Below are positions 1 through 9,668 of a stretch of 47,272 nucleotides of DNA, one piece after another; positions within the stretch are counted from its first letter, which is position 1; each line of letters begins with the position of its first letter. The translations under genes and the position numbers were made by a program. Under the pieces are notes generated by a model that was given only the letters and a program-made list of their open reading frames with translations, ran no database searches and was not told the origin of the DNA. The DNA is from a virus (Duplodnaviria > Caudoviricetes): positions 1 through 47,272 of the IMG/VR virus record IMGVR_UViG_3300016667_000048; one strand, 5' to 3'.

Positions 1-1730
1 GGAGTAGGTGCCGGGGCCTTATCAGCAAACGGGTTGGTGGTGGTCTTAGCAGCTTCTGCACGAGCACGCATACGTTGCTGTTCATTAGCGTCTTGCGCAG
101 CAGGGCTAGTATCCACAGCAGGTACGACACCAAGCAGCACCAAGTCTTCCGGCGTTGCTCGACCCATTGCTTGACGTTGCTGAGCGGCTGCTAGTGCAGC
201 GGCTTGCTTCTTTTGTTCCGTAGAAGACACCAGCGAAGACCAGAGGTCGCCGGGGTTCAGGAACGCAAACGGGCTGCGAGTTTCACCGCCGTCCGCAAAA
301 GCCACGATGCCACCATCAGCAAAATTACCAGCCGATTCCGGAGCCGCAGCAGCGATACCAGAGTTAGCCAGATCGCGCTGAATGACCGTACCTTGCGGCT
401 GCGGTGCGTTGAGGGCCTGTTGCTCTTGCATACCGGCACGGAGTTTCTGCTGCTCTTGCTCGGCAATCTTAGCGGCGAGGTAGCCCTTCAGGTCGTTGTT
501 CTGTGCAGCTTGCGCCTTCTGCTCCAGCAGATTCGGCGGCATGTACTGCATCTTGTTCGCCAGTGCCTCGATGCCTTGTCCAGCACGGATTTTGCCGCCA
601 CGGGCAAAATTTAGCGCGGGGGCGTATTGAGGGTTTTGGCCTTGCCCCTGACCCTGAAACACACCCCCTTGAGTGAAGTCAATATCCCCGTTTGGGGCGA
701 CTTCGCCGCCTTCAGCAAACATCTTACTGGCACCGTAAAGGGCGGTACCGGTACCGGCCAAAGCCTGCAGTGGGGAAGCCGTAGGCTCGTACATAGTACG
801 TGTGGTGCCTTGAGTACCCCGCAGAATGTCGGACATGAAGCCGAGTTGCTGATATGGGTAGTTCTGCGCCGCTTGGTAGTCGGCATATCCGCGATCCAGC
901 ATGGCTTGAATCTGTTGCTGTTGCTGACCTCCGTACAGATTCTGCAGACCCAAGATATCTTTCTGCTGACCAAACTGCTGCTGGCCCAGACCCCCTAGTT
1001 GCTGCGCGCCTTGCAATGCCGTTTGCAGACCTTGCATACCGAAGCCCGCGCCGTATTGACGAGACTGCTCGGCAAGTTGCTGGGCTTGCATCCGTCGCGC
1101 TGCGTCTTGGTTAAACTGCGAGGAGGCTTGTTCGTACGCGGACTGTAGCCCTCGGGCTTGGATATCGCCAAGTTGAGTACCCAGATTGCGCTGGCGCTCG
1201 GCTTCGACTATAGCTTGGCGGGAGCCACCAAAAGCACCGGCACCAACAGCCTTAGCTTGATCGCCTTGGCGCTGCATTTCCGATGCACGGACAGCTTCGC
1301 GCATTTGCGGAGCCATAGCCTGCTGGATATACGGCGACATGTACTGCGCCGCTTGCTGACCCCCAAAAGTATCTGCTTGGAACGTTCCGGGAGTATATTG
1401 CGCACCCAGAGCGCCGCCTGCAACGGTACCCGCAAGACCAGCAGCTTGTCCAGTTAGTTGTGAAGTTTGGAGGTTTTGCGCACCAGAGAAGGCCTGCTGC
1501 TGCAGGGGCGTAAACTGGGCTTGGCGTTCGCCTTGGTAGGGTCGATAAGGAGCGTTGTAAAGCGACTCTGCTTTACCAACAAGATTCATGTACGGCTGCT
1601 GCGCGTACTCCGGAATGTTGGTTTGATAGGAGGTTTGCGTGCCGCCACCGCCGCCACCGCCGCCACCCGAGAAATTAACCCGACGAAGCGCGCCGTGAAT
1701 ATAGCCTGAAAATTTATTGGGGATCAGCAT
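1..1730 (-). CDS. Ejection (DNA-injection/pilot) protein, Gln/Ala/Gly-rich; truncated at the window edge
   Basis: Not in the ORF track because it runs off the end. Read manually from ATG at 1730: MLIPNKFSGYIHGALRRVNFSGGGGGGGGGTQTSYQTNIPEYAQQPY...YMSPY...GAFGGSRQAIVEAE...FAEGG...FARGG...FADGGIVAFADGG. The YMxPY and GAFGGSR motifs and the position after the tail genes fit podovirus internal proteins. Confidence 0.75.
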   Translation of the reverse strand, partial: MLIPNKFSGYIHGALRRVNFSGGGGGGGGGTQTSYQTNIPEYAQQPYMNLVGKAESLYNAPYRPYQGERQAQFTPLQQQAFSGAQNLQTSQLTGQAAGLAGTVAGGALGAQYTPGTFQADTFGGQQAAQYMSPYIQQAMAPQMREAVRASEMQRQGDQAKAVGAGAFGGSRQAIVEAERQRNLGTQLGDIQARGLQSAYEQASSQFNQDAARRMQAQQLAEQSRQYGAGFGMQGLQTALQGAQQLGGLGQQQFGQQKDILGLQNLYGGQQQQQIQAMLDRGYADYQAAQNYPYQQLGFMSDILRGTQGTTRTMYEPTASPLQALAGTGTALYGASKMFAEGGEVAPNGDIDFTQGGVFQGQGQGQNPQYAPALNFARGGKIRAGQGIEALANKMQYMPPNLLEQKAQAAQNNDLKGYLAAKIAEQEQQKLRAGMQEQQALNAPQPQGTVIQRDLANSGIAAAAPESAGNFADGGIVAFADGGETRSPFAFLNPGDLWSSLVSSTEQKKQAAALAAAQQRQAMGRATPEDLVLLGVVPAVDTSPAAQDANEQQRMRARAEAAKTTTNPFADKAPAPT

Positions 1731-2175
1731 CTAAATGCTCCTTACGATATTCATCAAACCGCTCATGCACTACATCCTTCCACATTTCAGGGATGTACTT
1801 ACGGGCTTCTTCAGGGCCGACACAAACGTGTATTGCGTAGGCAACGATGTTACCTGCGGCATAGCGCAGCGTGTGCGAAATTTCTACACCGTGCGGGTCT
1901 TTCTCACGTTCAAACTTGTTCGCGGTTTCGTACGCAGAGACTACAGTGAGCCACATAGGCAGCACAGCATCTTGGATGGCGCGGTAGAACGGGTTTGCTG
2001 GCAGGTAGACTAAGGCGACCAAAAAGGCATTGTTGAGTTCGTACTCAGGTACATCCCGGTCTTTGTCAACTACGTCGTCCCAAGTATGCGCCATGTCCAC
2101 CAGCATACGATAGACATTGAGCGCATCTTGGTTGCCGCCAAACCACTCCAGTTTTCCAGCTTTACTGTTCATCAC
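1714..2175 (-). CDS. Small helical protein with a DDxxD motif (isoprenoid-synthase/prenyltransferase-like, inferred)
   Basis: 153 aa; AHTWDDVVDKD lies at the end of a predicted helix. The ORF overlaps both neighbouring ejection-protein genes. Confidence 0.6.
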   Translation of the reverse strand: MMNSKAGKLEWFGGNQDALNVYRMLVDMAHTWDDVVDKDRDVPEYELNNAFLVALVYLPANPFYRAIQDAVLPMWLTVVSAYETANKFEREKDPHGVEISHTLRYAAGNIVAYAIHVCVGPEEARKYIPEMWKDVVHERFDEYRKEHLDADPQ

Positions 2176-3944
2176 ACCAGTTTATCCGGGTTTACCTTGC
2201 GCTGTTGCGAAGTCTTACCGTGTGCTTGCTGTCGAATCTTGTCCAGCATGGAGTAGAGCTTCTTGGCACCCCCCGCTGCTTTGACGCGCTCCGGGGAAAT
2301 ATAGGCTTCGTCCCGCGCCACTCGGGCTCGTTGCTTGCCTTCGATGGTAGTCGGAATCGAATCACTCATACCGTCGCCCGGACCCTTGATGGCGTGCGCG
2401 CCAAAGCGTTTAGCCAGCACTTCCAGACCAGCAGACGAACTACCGTTACCAAGCGCGCTCACAACGTCGGCAGGCACGATGAAACCACCGGACTTCAGGT
2501 GCCCGCCAGCAGCTTCGCCACCATCACCACCGCCGCCACCATCACCACCGCCTTCTCCACCTTCCCCGCCGCCATCGCCGGGACCGCCCGGGCCACCGGA
2601 ATCGCCAGACGAACCACCCGGGCCGCTATCGCCAAGACCGCTGCTACCATCGCCAGGACCACCCGGGCCTGCACCACCTTCAGCAGCACCTTGTTCACCC
2701 GAAGACCCCCCCGGGCCACTAGACCCCATACCTGCACCCTCGCCAGCGCCCATACCAGCGCCTTCGCCACCACCCCAATCCAATGCTGGGCCAAACCCTA
2801 CAACACGTGCGGGAGCTAGCGCCGCTTTCGCTGCTTGCTGCTGTGCGGTAGTGCTAGGATCAAAAAGCTTACGCGAATTTGCCTCGGTAACCACATGGCG
2901 GAGCGCAGCCGTTTGTGGAGATACTGACGCTTTGCCGGTGAGGTAATCCATTGCGTCAGCACTGGCACCCGTCATTTTGTACTCGGGCTTGGTCTCACCC
3001 CCCTCGGCATAGCGGCGCGTGAAGCCCCCACCTTGATCGTAAATCTTGTTCCAGTCAAAGTCGTATTCCGGCAGGGAGCCGTATTCCGGCTTTTTTACCT
3101 TTTCCGGAGGGGCCATAAGTGCGGGAGCCGAAGCCATATACGCTGTGGTTAGCGCTTTGCCGCCGCCACCCATACCCGAGGCTTCAATACCCTTGGACTT
3201 GTCTGCTGCGTTCCCGATAAATGCATCCCAAGCTTTACCGGGCTCAGACATGAAGCTCTTAGCGCCTTGCGCCATAGCTTCGCGGCGCGCTTCACCAGAC
3301 ATTTCAGACCACGGAATACCTGCCGGGGTCGTAGGAGCCGGAACTGCTGCGGTTACTTGCGGAACAGTTTGCGTAAGGTTATACGGAGATACGGTAGGCG
3401 CTTTAGACAGCGCGTATTTTGAGGCTTCCGTGGCCGATGTAGGTGCTGCCGTAGCCTGCAAACCTTGAGCGCCCTGCGCAGTCAGACCCTGTGCGCCCTG
3501 TGCCGACAGCCCAGTACCCGTAGAACCTACTTGGGTTGCGGCTTCTGTACCCGCCTGCGTAGCCGCCTGAGTACCCGCTGTAGTGCCTGCAGCACCAAGC
3601 CCTGCGGCCAGACCAGCACCGCCATAAGCACCGAGACCACCAGAGATTGCACCCATCAGAGGGTTTTGGCGATTAGTAGCTGCGCCAGCCAAGGCACCGC
3701 CAGCAACTACAAACGGCAGCCCGACACCAGTAGCTGCTAAACCGGCACCGATAATGGTCGGCAGCAGGTTCTTCAGGAAGCCCGCTTCGGGTAGACCGGT
3801 TTCCGGGTGGATAGACAGCGAGCCGCCGTGTGCCAGCGCCAGCTTCTGAAGCCCTACCACTTCCGAGGGGGCCATGTGGACAAGCATCGAATCTGGACCC
3901 CTGCCACGAGAAGCAAGGTGTTGTGCGGCTTCTTTAAGACTCAT
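2172..3944 (-). CDS. Internal virion/ejection protein with a Gly-rich low-complexity tract
   Basis: Probable start is MSLKEAAQHLASRGRGPDSMLVHM at 3944. Contains IHPETGLPEA, hydrophobic Gly/Ala helices, YAEGG, a GGE/GPG tract and C-terminal GPGDGMSDSIP. Confidence 0.7.
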   Translation of the reverse strand: MSLKEAAQHLASRGRGPDSMLVHMAPSEVVGLQKLALAHGGSLSIHPETGLPEAGFLKNLLPTIIGAGLAATGVGLPFVVAGGALAGAATNRQNPLMGAISGGLGAYGGAGLAAGLGAAGTTAGTQAATQAGTEAATQVGSTGTGLSAQGAQGLTAQGAQGLQATAAPTSATEASKYALSKAPTVSPYNLTQTVPQVTAAVPAPTTPAGIPWSEMSGEARREAMAQGAKSFMSEPGKAWDAFIGNAADKSKGIEASGMGGGGKALTTAYMASAPALMAPPEKVKKPEYGSLPEYDFDWNKIYDQGGGFTRRYAEGGETKPEYKMTGASADAMDYLTGKASVSPQTAALRHVVTEANSRKLFDPSTTAQQQAAKAALAPARVVGFGPALDWGGGEGAGMGAGEGAGMGSSGPGGSSGEQGAAEGGAGPGGPGDGSSGLGDSGPGGSSGDSGGPGGPGDGGGEGGEGGGDGGGGGDGGEAAGGHLKSGGFIVPADVVSALGNGSSSAGLEVLAKRFGAHAIKGPGDGMSDSIPTTIEGKQRARVARDEAYISPERVKAAGGAKKLYSMLDKIRQQAHGKTSQQRKVNPDKLV

Positions 3945-3975
3945 AAGTGCCTCGTATGGTATTGTTAAGAGTTTA

Positions 3976-4650
3976 TCAGGTGGGCAGCGCCGAGACAAAC
4001 GAAAGCGTAATCACCACGCCGGGGGAGCCGGGGTTCACGAACGGGGTAGTAATAGGCGGCAGCGTAGCCAGTTGAATTTGCGTGCTGTTAGAACTCCACC
4101 ACAGTTCGATGAAGTCGTTAGCTATCAAGTCAACGAAGAAGTTAGCCGCCAAGATGTTGTAACCCACGACGCCACCGTGCTTGCTGGCAATAGTCGCCAC
4201 GCTAGAGCTATACGGTACATCTACGGCAGCCCCGGTACCCGTACCACGGCGCAGCCAAATAGCCAAGTCATGGTTCTGCGTATCGTTGTTGATAGCCTGA
4301 ATGCTGAACTGCACGTTGTACACACCGCTGCGCGTCACCCGAATCTGGTTAGTTGCCAGCGACACATCGTTGGCGTAGTCCGTCCGATTGAGCGTAACAA
4401 GCTGCGGCGTGTTAATGACTGCGGGCGTTTCTGTACCGGTGGAGGAAAACGCGCCGTACGGGAAGCTAAGAAACCTACCACCGTTCGGGTTAAACACCGA
4501 CAGGATGTTGTTATCCAACTTCGTGAAGTAGAGCCGCAGGACGTTATAGAACTGCTCTATCTCGTCCATACGGTATTCAGGGTGCGCCACGGGGAGCCGT
4601 GGCGCTTTAGCTGGCAGCAGCCGTTCGCTAAGAGGTTGCGTGTTTGGCAT
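3976..4650 (-). CDS. Tail-associated protein with a C-terminal jelly-roll (C1q/BclA-like) domain
   Basis: 224 aa. An N-terminal helix (LRLYFTKLDN) precedes a beta-rich GVYNVQFSIQ...NDFIELWW domain. It lies directly after the nozzle gene. Confidence 0.55.
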   Translation of the reverse strand: MPNTQPLSERLLPAKAPRLPVAHPEYRMDEIEQFYNVLRLYFTKLDNNILSVFNPNGGRFLSFPYGAFSSTGTETPAVINTPQLVTLNRTDYANDVSLATNQIRVTRSGVYNVQFSIQAINNDTQNHDLAIWLRRGTGTGAAVDVPYSSSVATIASKHGGVVGYNILAANFFVDLIANDFIELWWSSNSTQIQLATLPPITTPFVNPGSPGVVITLSFVSALPT

Positions 4651-4658
4651 GTCGTAGC

Positions 4659-6896
4659 CTATCGTTTGCCATCAGGTTTAATGTCGAAGCGCGTTGCGCC
4701 AAGCTGCCACGACACGCCCAGACCCGAGTTTCCAATGTCCCCCGAAGCCACACGGAACGCCATCTGACGCCCGCGAAGCCGCACGTTTACCTGCTCCGTG
4801 AACTGCTGCACTTGGTAGGTGCTTTGCCCCGTATAGTTTTGCGTGCTGGTTACGGTAGGCTCATTGGTCGGGTTATACACCGCACCGGGGTTGCGGCGCG
4901 GACGCAGCATATACGATACCGAAGGCTTGTCACAGTTAGACCCGTCGAAGGTAACGTCAGGGATCATACGCCACACAAAACCGAAGTTATGCCCGTCATC
5001 GATGTCAAAGTCTGCAGACTGGACGTACGCCGTAATCTGTGTGGGCGGGTTGGTCGTACCGTCATCGTTACCAACTTCGTGGTAGACCAGAGTGCCAGAC
5101 GGCACGTTCGTGTAGCCCAGAAGCTGCGCGCTCAGGAAGTCCCCTGCCGTGCTGGTTTGGTAAGTACCGACGCCGCCCGGAGTGCCGCTTAGCTGTGCTG
5201 TGATGGTTGTACCAGACTGCGGACCTACACCGATAACCTGCATACCGATATACAGCGAACCCGTTGCAACAGCAGTCACAGTCATGGTGTTTCCGGTGCG
5301 GGAAGCCGTAAAGGTATTAGCCGAGTATCGCGCCGCAATGGGGGTATTACGCAATGGGCTATCCAGCCAAGCAGTGCGAGCCAGAGTGCCGTACGCCCAC
5401 GTATTTTCGACGTAGTTGTAGATCACATACCGGTCTACCTTGACTGACTTGGCCGAGCAGTAGAACCACCAGACTTCGTTGTAGCCCTCGTTGGTGCCGC
5501 ACGTTACCTGATAGCCTTGATCCTTGTTGATATCGTCAAAGATATACTGCCAGAGAGTACTCGTAAGCGTAGCTACACGCCCGTTGTACATATAGAACTT
5601 ATCAGTGCCCATCCAGTAGGTCACGTTGTTGGCGGCAGTTGCCGCATTAGGCCCCATGACCGAGATGTTGTCCGCAACGAGGGTGAAACCCCAAACATAC
5701 GGCGGGCCAAGATACTGCATGGAGTACAGCGAGGTATCCGACATAATCAGGATTTCCTGCCTAGTCTGCACCGCCGCTACGATTTGCGACCCGTGGCTCA
5801 AGCGCTGACTACCCGCTTGGTTGGTGATGGCAGGAGTCCATGTCAGATAGTCTTCTTGATCCGACCAACGCACCAGCATTGGGTCTTGCGCGGTTGGAGA
5901 TGCAGCCAACGGGTCGTTGCAGCCCAAGGCAATCACAAAGCGCGAAGCGTCCGATACTAGGACTTGGTTGCAAACGGTTGGCGCATAGGTATCAGCGTTC
6001 CACCACTGCGCAGAAATACCGCCCGTAGTCGTTTGGGTAGCCGTGTTTCCGTTAACCAGCTTCTGGGCGCGGTAGTAGACATCCGGAACGTTAGAGTTGA
6101 CCCAGTAGTACAGAGGGCCACCGCGCGGGTTGATGAACAAGTTTTCGCCGTACTGTGCAGAACTCCACAGACGAAGCTGGTTCTGGAAACCCAAGCTAGC
6201 CGCCGTAGAAGCACCCCAACCAGTCGAAGCATAGCCCGGAGTTATGCCGCCCCAACCACCACGACCCCAGCCAGTACCAACCGAGTAGACTTCCGCACCG
6301 ATAGAAAGCTGGTAGGTAGCAACCGTAGAAGCCCCACCATTTCCGACATCCGAGGCGTTGGCAGCTACGCTAACCGTTATCTTGTACTGGTCGGCATTGA
6401 CGTAGGTGATCTGGTACTCTTGGTTGAGTACTGTTGCCGTGATGTTGCCGCCAAGGCTGCTTGCGCTGCTGAAGGTAACAAAGTCGCCCGTCTGAGCACC
6501 GTGCCCTATATGGTTGACGGTTATGCTGGTAGAGCCCGCGACGGCGGCAAAAGTGGCCGCGCCCGCCGTAGAGGTAGCGCGAATAGGGGTAACGTCGTAC
6601 AGCTTACTGTTTGTACCTGCTTGGATATAGTACTTCATGTTGGTACCGAGACCGAGTAGGTTCGTACCGTATGAGTTTGTCCAATTATTCAAGCCCCGGC
6701 AAATACCCCAATAGGTACCTACAGATGGTTTAAGGGTAGACGCTACCGGGCCGTTATCCAGCACCCAGCCGCCAATTTTTTCAGGCTGGCCCGAGCGGAA
6801 CCGTACTTTGTCGGTTTCAAACCACGTACCTTCATTGGCATAGGACGTTGACTCCCGGTTTACGCCCGCCTTGAAGTCTATTCGTTTTAGTGGCAT
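4659..6896 (-). CDS. Tail tubular/nozzle protein (P22 gp10 / T7 gp12-like)
   Basis: 745 aa. N-terminal VRFRSGQPEKIGGW, propeller-like VRWSDQED and EVWWFY segments, C-terminal RLRGRQMAFR...DGKR. Confidence 0.7.
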   Translation of the reverse strand: MPLKRIDFKAGVNRESTSYANEGTWFETDKVRFRSGQPEKIGGWVLDNGPVASTLKPSVGTYWGICRGLNNWTNSYGTNLLGLGTNMKYYIQAGTNSKLYDVTPIRATSTAGAATFAAVAGSTSITVNHIGHGAQTGDFVTFSSASSLGGNITATVLNQEYQITYVNADQYKITVSVAANASDVGNGGASTVATYQLSIGAEVYSVGTGWGRGGWGGITPGYASTGWGASTAASLGFQNQLRLWSSAQYGENLFINPRGGPLYYWVNSNVPDVYYRAQKLVNGNTATQTTTGGISAQWWNADTYAPTVCNQVLVSDASRFVIALGCNDPLAASPTAQDPMLVRWSDQEDYLTWTPAITNQAGSQRLSHGSQIVAAVQTRQEILIMSDTSLYSMQYLGPPYVWGFTLVADNISVMGPNAATAANNVTYWMGTDKFYMYNGRVATLTSTLWQYIFDDINKDQGYQVTCGTNEGYNEVWWFYCSAKSVKVDRYVIYNYVENTWAYGTLARTAWLDSPLRNTPIAARYSANTFTASRTGNTMTVTAVATGSLYIGMQVIGVGPQSGTTITAQLSGTPGGVGTYQTSTAGDFLSAQLLGYTNVPSGTLVYHEVGNDDGTTNPPTQITAYVQSADFDIDDGHNFGFVWRMIPDVTFDGSNCDKPSVSYMLRPRRNPGAVYNPTNEPTVTSTQNYTGQSTYQVQQFTEQVNVRLRGRQMAFRVASGDIGNSGLGVSWQLGATRFDIKPDGKR

Positions 6897-6913
6897 AACC
6901 TGCCCCAGTAGAT

Positions 6914-7081
6914 TTATTTATCTGCCGACAGCACGCCAACCAACCCAGCAAGGGCTAGACCGGCAGCTACGATGGCATCGGCAAGCTCAGGAGCCACAGG
7001 AAGCCCAACGGCAGTCAGCAAAAGAATGACTCCCCGCCAAGTGCTAGGTTCACGTGCTCGCTCAATAATGTACGTCTTCAT
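6914..7081 (-). CDS. Holin-like small membrane protein (55 aa)
   Basis: Read manually: MKTYIIERAREPSTWRGVILLLTAVGLPVAPELADAIVAAGLALAGLVGVLSADK. Two hydrophobic segments; overlaps the endolysin stop codon. Confidence 0.7.
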   Translation of the reverse strand: MKTYIIERAREPSTWRGVILLLTAVGLPVAPELADAIVAAGLALAGLVGVLSADK

Positions 7082-7536
7082 GCCGAGAGTTTACCTCCTG
7101 CGTTTACATACGCGAAGCGAAGTTTATCCAGCGGGTTCTCGTTCTGCCCGTAGCCTGCACCGGGCAGACTCGCCCAGATGCGAGAGCATTTTTTAACCGC
7201 CGCATCGAAGTTACCTGCGTCGATGTCAGGCAACGCCCCGCACTCTTTGATCTGCTGCAGAGCAACCGCGTCTTGACTAGCCGGGGAGAAGTCCTTGAGC
7301 TTCAGTTGCTTCTTGTAGGCATCCCAATACCGAGCTAGCAGTTGGTACCGACCAGCGGCGCTACTGCAGAGGTTTAGCTTGGGAATCTTGACCACCTTGC
7401 GCGGATGATCCGCATACCCAGAGAAAAGTCCTCCCCCGACGATCACGTTGTATCCGTTGTCGGACTTGGCAAGCAGGGCAGGGCCAATCTCGCTGAACGC
7501 GATCATGTCGAGGAAGGCTTTTCTGTTTTGGGTCAT
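7078..7536 (-). CDS. Endolysin, lambda R-type lytic transglycosylase
   Basis: RKAFLDMIAFSE (catalytic Glu), SSAAGRYQLL, DFSPASQD and IWASLPGAGYGQ match lambda lysozyme motifs. Confidence 0.92.
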   Translation of the reverse strand: MTQNRKAFLDMIAFSEIGPALLAKSDNGYNVIVGGGLFSGYADHPRKVVKIPKLNLCSSAAGRYQLLARYWDAYKKQLKLKDFSPASQDAVALQQIKECGALPDIDAGNFDAAVKKCSRIWASLPGAGYGQNENPLDKLRFAYVNAGGKLSA

Positions 7537-7537
7537 G

Positions 7538-7627
7538 TTATATAACGTTCCAGAAAGAAGTCCACCCGCGACATTTCATGGCGCGGATGTACCAAGCGAT
7601 CAGGCCGGTGGCGGTGCGGACGGTCAC
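7538..7627 (-). pseudogene. Truncated 29-codon copy of the HExxH gene at 9669-9941
   Basis: GTG start, then TVRTATGLIAWYIRAMKCRGWTSFWNVI and a stop. The intact copy reads ...WTSFWRVIY and continues. Confidence 0.8.
7560..7626. repeat. 67-bp perfect direct repeat, copy 1
   Basis: gtccacccgcg...cggacggtca is identical to 9874-9940. Confidence 0.95.
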
Positions 7628-9639
7628 AGGTTGCCTTCGCTAACCCAAGTTCCAGGAGTTCCGGCGACGGTGCATACCCACGACTTCGGCTGACCAACAA
7701 CAGGGACGCTGTTAAAAACCCTGTCACCTACAGCCCAAGTGCCTGCCGTCGGAACCGCGCTAAGGGACTTCACCCTGCCAAAATACTGGTAGTTCTGAGC
7801 CAAGTTTGCAAATTGCGTTGCGCTCCAGGTGCCAGAGAACTGGTTGCCTTCGTTCTTTACAACTTCAATCGACGACGACGACATATACAAGGCACGCGAA
7901 GACCCTCCGACGACTCCGTTATTGCCAACAACGTTGTTTTGCACGTTCCCAGCATCGCTGACCAGAATCGAATAAACCGTGCCGGTAAAGTCGCTGTAGT
8001 AAAGACTGTTCCCGTGGCAAATTCCTGTTTCCAGATAAACGCTAGTATGTGCGTAGGTGCCAGAGCCTGCAATCCGAACAGTGTTTCCAGAAAATGCGGT
8101 TGGTGCCTTTGCTACACCTGAAATCGTGTCCGGGGCGTTTCCGCTAAACCCGACCGTCATGGTTATCGTGTTGCCTGTTGCCAAAAGAATCGCGTTTGCC
8201 TGCTTGGTCAGCAGGCAATTGGCGCTGTCGCTCAAAGTTAGCAGCGTGCCTTGAACCAAGTTATTCGAGAAGGTCACGATTGGTGTGTACGTCTGGTCAG
8301 CAATCAGCAAGCGCTGGTACGAGCCAGTAAACACACAGCCAGAGATAAGAGTGTCTGCAGTTGCCGTTATTGCAGCATTCCCTAACGTGCTGCCGTTAAC
8401 GAAAGTGCAACCAATAAATTTGTGGCTCTTGCCTTGTACATCGCCGCCCACCTGATTGCCATCAGCGCCAATTCCTGCGCCTGCTGAATAAGAAGACGAC
8501 TGGAAAACACAACCTTTGTATGTAAACCGCGAAGCCCAATAGCCAAGCGTAACCTTTGCTTGATCGGTTGCGCTGCGAAATGTGCAATCTTCGTAGGTTA
8601 CGTCTGCGACATTTTCATGTCCAGATTGGTAAATTGGATCAGTAAGAACGCGCTCTTTCCATTCGCCGCCAACAGTGTAATAAAAGCCACTACTTAGATT
8701 TTCAACAACACAACGAGCTGCCCTGAAATTAACGGAAGCGCCCGACTGAGACATTTTGGTGACGATGCCCCTGACGCAACCTGTAATGTACGAGTCTACA
8801 ATGGAGCAATCCTTCGTCATGAAGAAAAATGCCCCGTATGAGCGCACGGTGAGGTTCACATTTTCTACAAGGCAGTTCGTAGAGTTTCTGACTTCAATGC
8901 CGTTGCCGTTGGACTGCGTGACAACAACATTAGAAATAGAACAGTTTTTCCCGTAGACAATACCAACACCAAGATTGCTACCACCGGAAGTAGTAGCAGA
9001 CATTTCCACCACGACATTACGAATGTGGCTATTAAAAATCTCTGAACCGTAGTTAAGCGTGGTTTGAACAACCGCCAGATTTGCTTCAGTCTTTGCACCG
9101 ATATTCGGCGTGACAAGACAGATCGCATACCGCGAGTTGCTGCTGTTGACGATCTTTGCCCCGTTGAAATCAACAATGGTGTCGCTGGTGGTGACGAATA
9201 GAGTGTTTGAGGTTTTGAAGACAGAACCGGCAGGCGCGGTGATGAGCTTTGCGCCGCTGTCGAGCGCTGCCTGTATGCCTACCGTGCTATCAATTACGCC
9301 AGTCGGGTCTACTTTTGCGCCAGATACGCCATTGGCGTAGAAATCCGTGACGCTCACCGTCTCCCGCAGCTTCGCCTGCACAGTCGTGGCGACTGCGCCG
9401 GTGCCGGCAGGAAGATACCCAACGCTTGCAGCGCCGCTAGACGCCGCGAGGTCAGTCACAACTTCAGCGATGGCATTCTGTACGTTGGTAGCTGCGATGT
9501 TGCCGGTCGGAGCGAAAGACACGTTGGCGGCACTGGCGAAGCCGTTAGCGTTCATGGTGAACACAACATCGCTTGCCGTGTTCTCCGGTCGAAGAGTAAT
9601 AGAGCCGCCAGCAGCGGTGTTGAGTTTGATGTCGCTCAT
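7624..9639 (-). CDS. Tailspike / beta-helix receptor-binding protein 3
   Basis: 671 aa. PAGTGAVATTVQAKLRE linker, DSTVGIQAALDS beta-helix entry, Asn/Cys-ladder repeats, C-terminal GTWAVGD...WVCTVAGTPGTW. Confidence 0.85.
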   Translation of the reverse strand: MSDIKLNTAAGGSITLRPENTASDVVFTMNANGFASAANVSFAPTGNIAATNVQNAIAEVVTDLAASSGAASVGYLPAGTGAVATTVQAKLRETVSVTDFYANGVSGAKVDPTGVIDSTVGIQAALDSGAKLITAPAGSVFKTSNTLFVTTSDTIVDFNGAKIVNSSNSRYAICLVTPNIGAKTEANLAVVQTTLNYGSEIFNSHIRNVVVEMSATTSGGSNLGVGIVYGKNCSISNVVVTQSNGNGIEVRNSTNCLVENVNLTVRSYGAFFFMTKDCSIVDSYITGCVRGIVTKMSQSGASVNFRAARCVVENLSSGFYYTVGGEWKERVLTDPIYQSGHENVADVTYEDCTFRSATDQAKVTLGYWASRFTYKGCVFQSSSYSAGAGIGADGNQVGGDVQGKSHKFIGCTFVNGSTLGNAAITATADTLISGCVFTGSYQRLLIADQTYTPIVTFSNNLVQGTLLTLSDSANCLLTKQANAILLATGNTITMTVGFSGNAPDTISGVAKAPTAFSGNTVRIAGSGTYAHTSVYLETGICHGNSLYYSDFTGTVYSILVSDAGNVQNNVVGNNGVVGGSSRALYMSSSSIEVVKNEGNQFSGTWSATQFANLAQNYQYFGRVKSLSAVPTAGTWAVGDRVFNSVPVVGQPKSWVCTVAGTPGTWVSEGNL

Positions 9640-9668
9640 GTCAGGTTCCTCATGAATCGGGGTTGGGC

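Noticed and set aside
2335-2946. Proline-rich, extensin-like plus-strand ORF
   Set aside because: It is the antisense reading of the Gly-rich tract of the minus-strand ejection protein.
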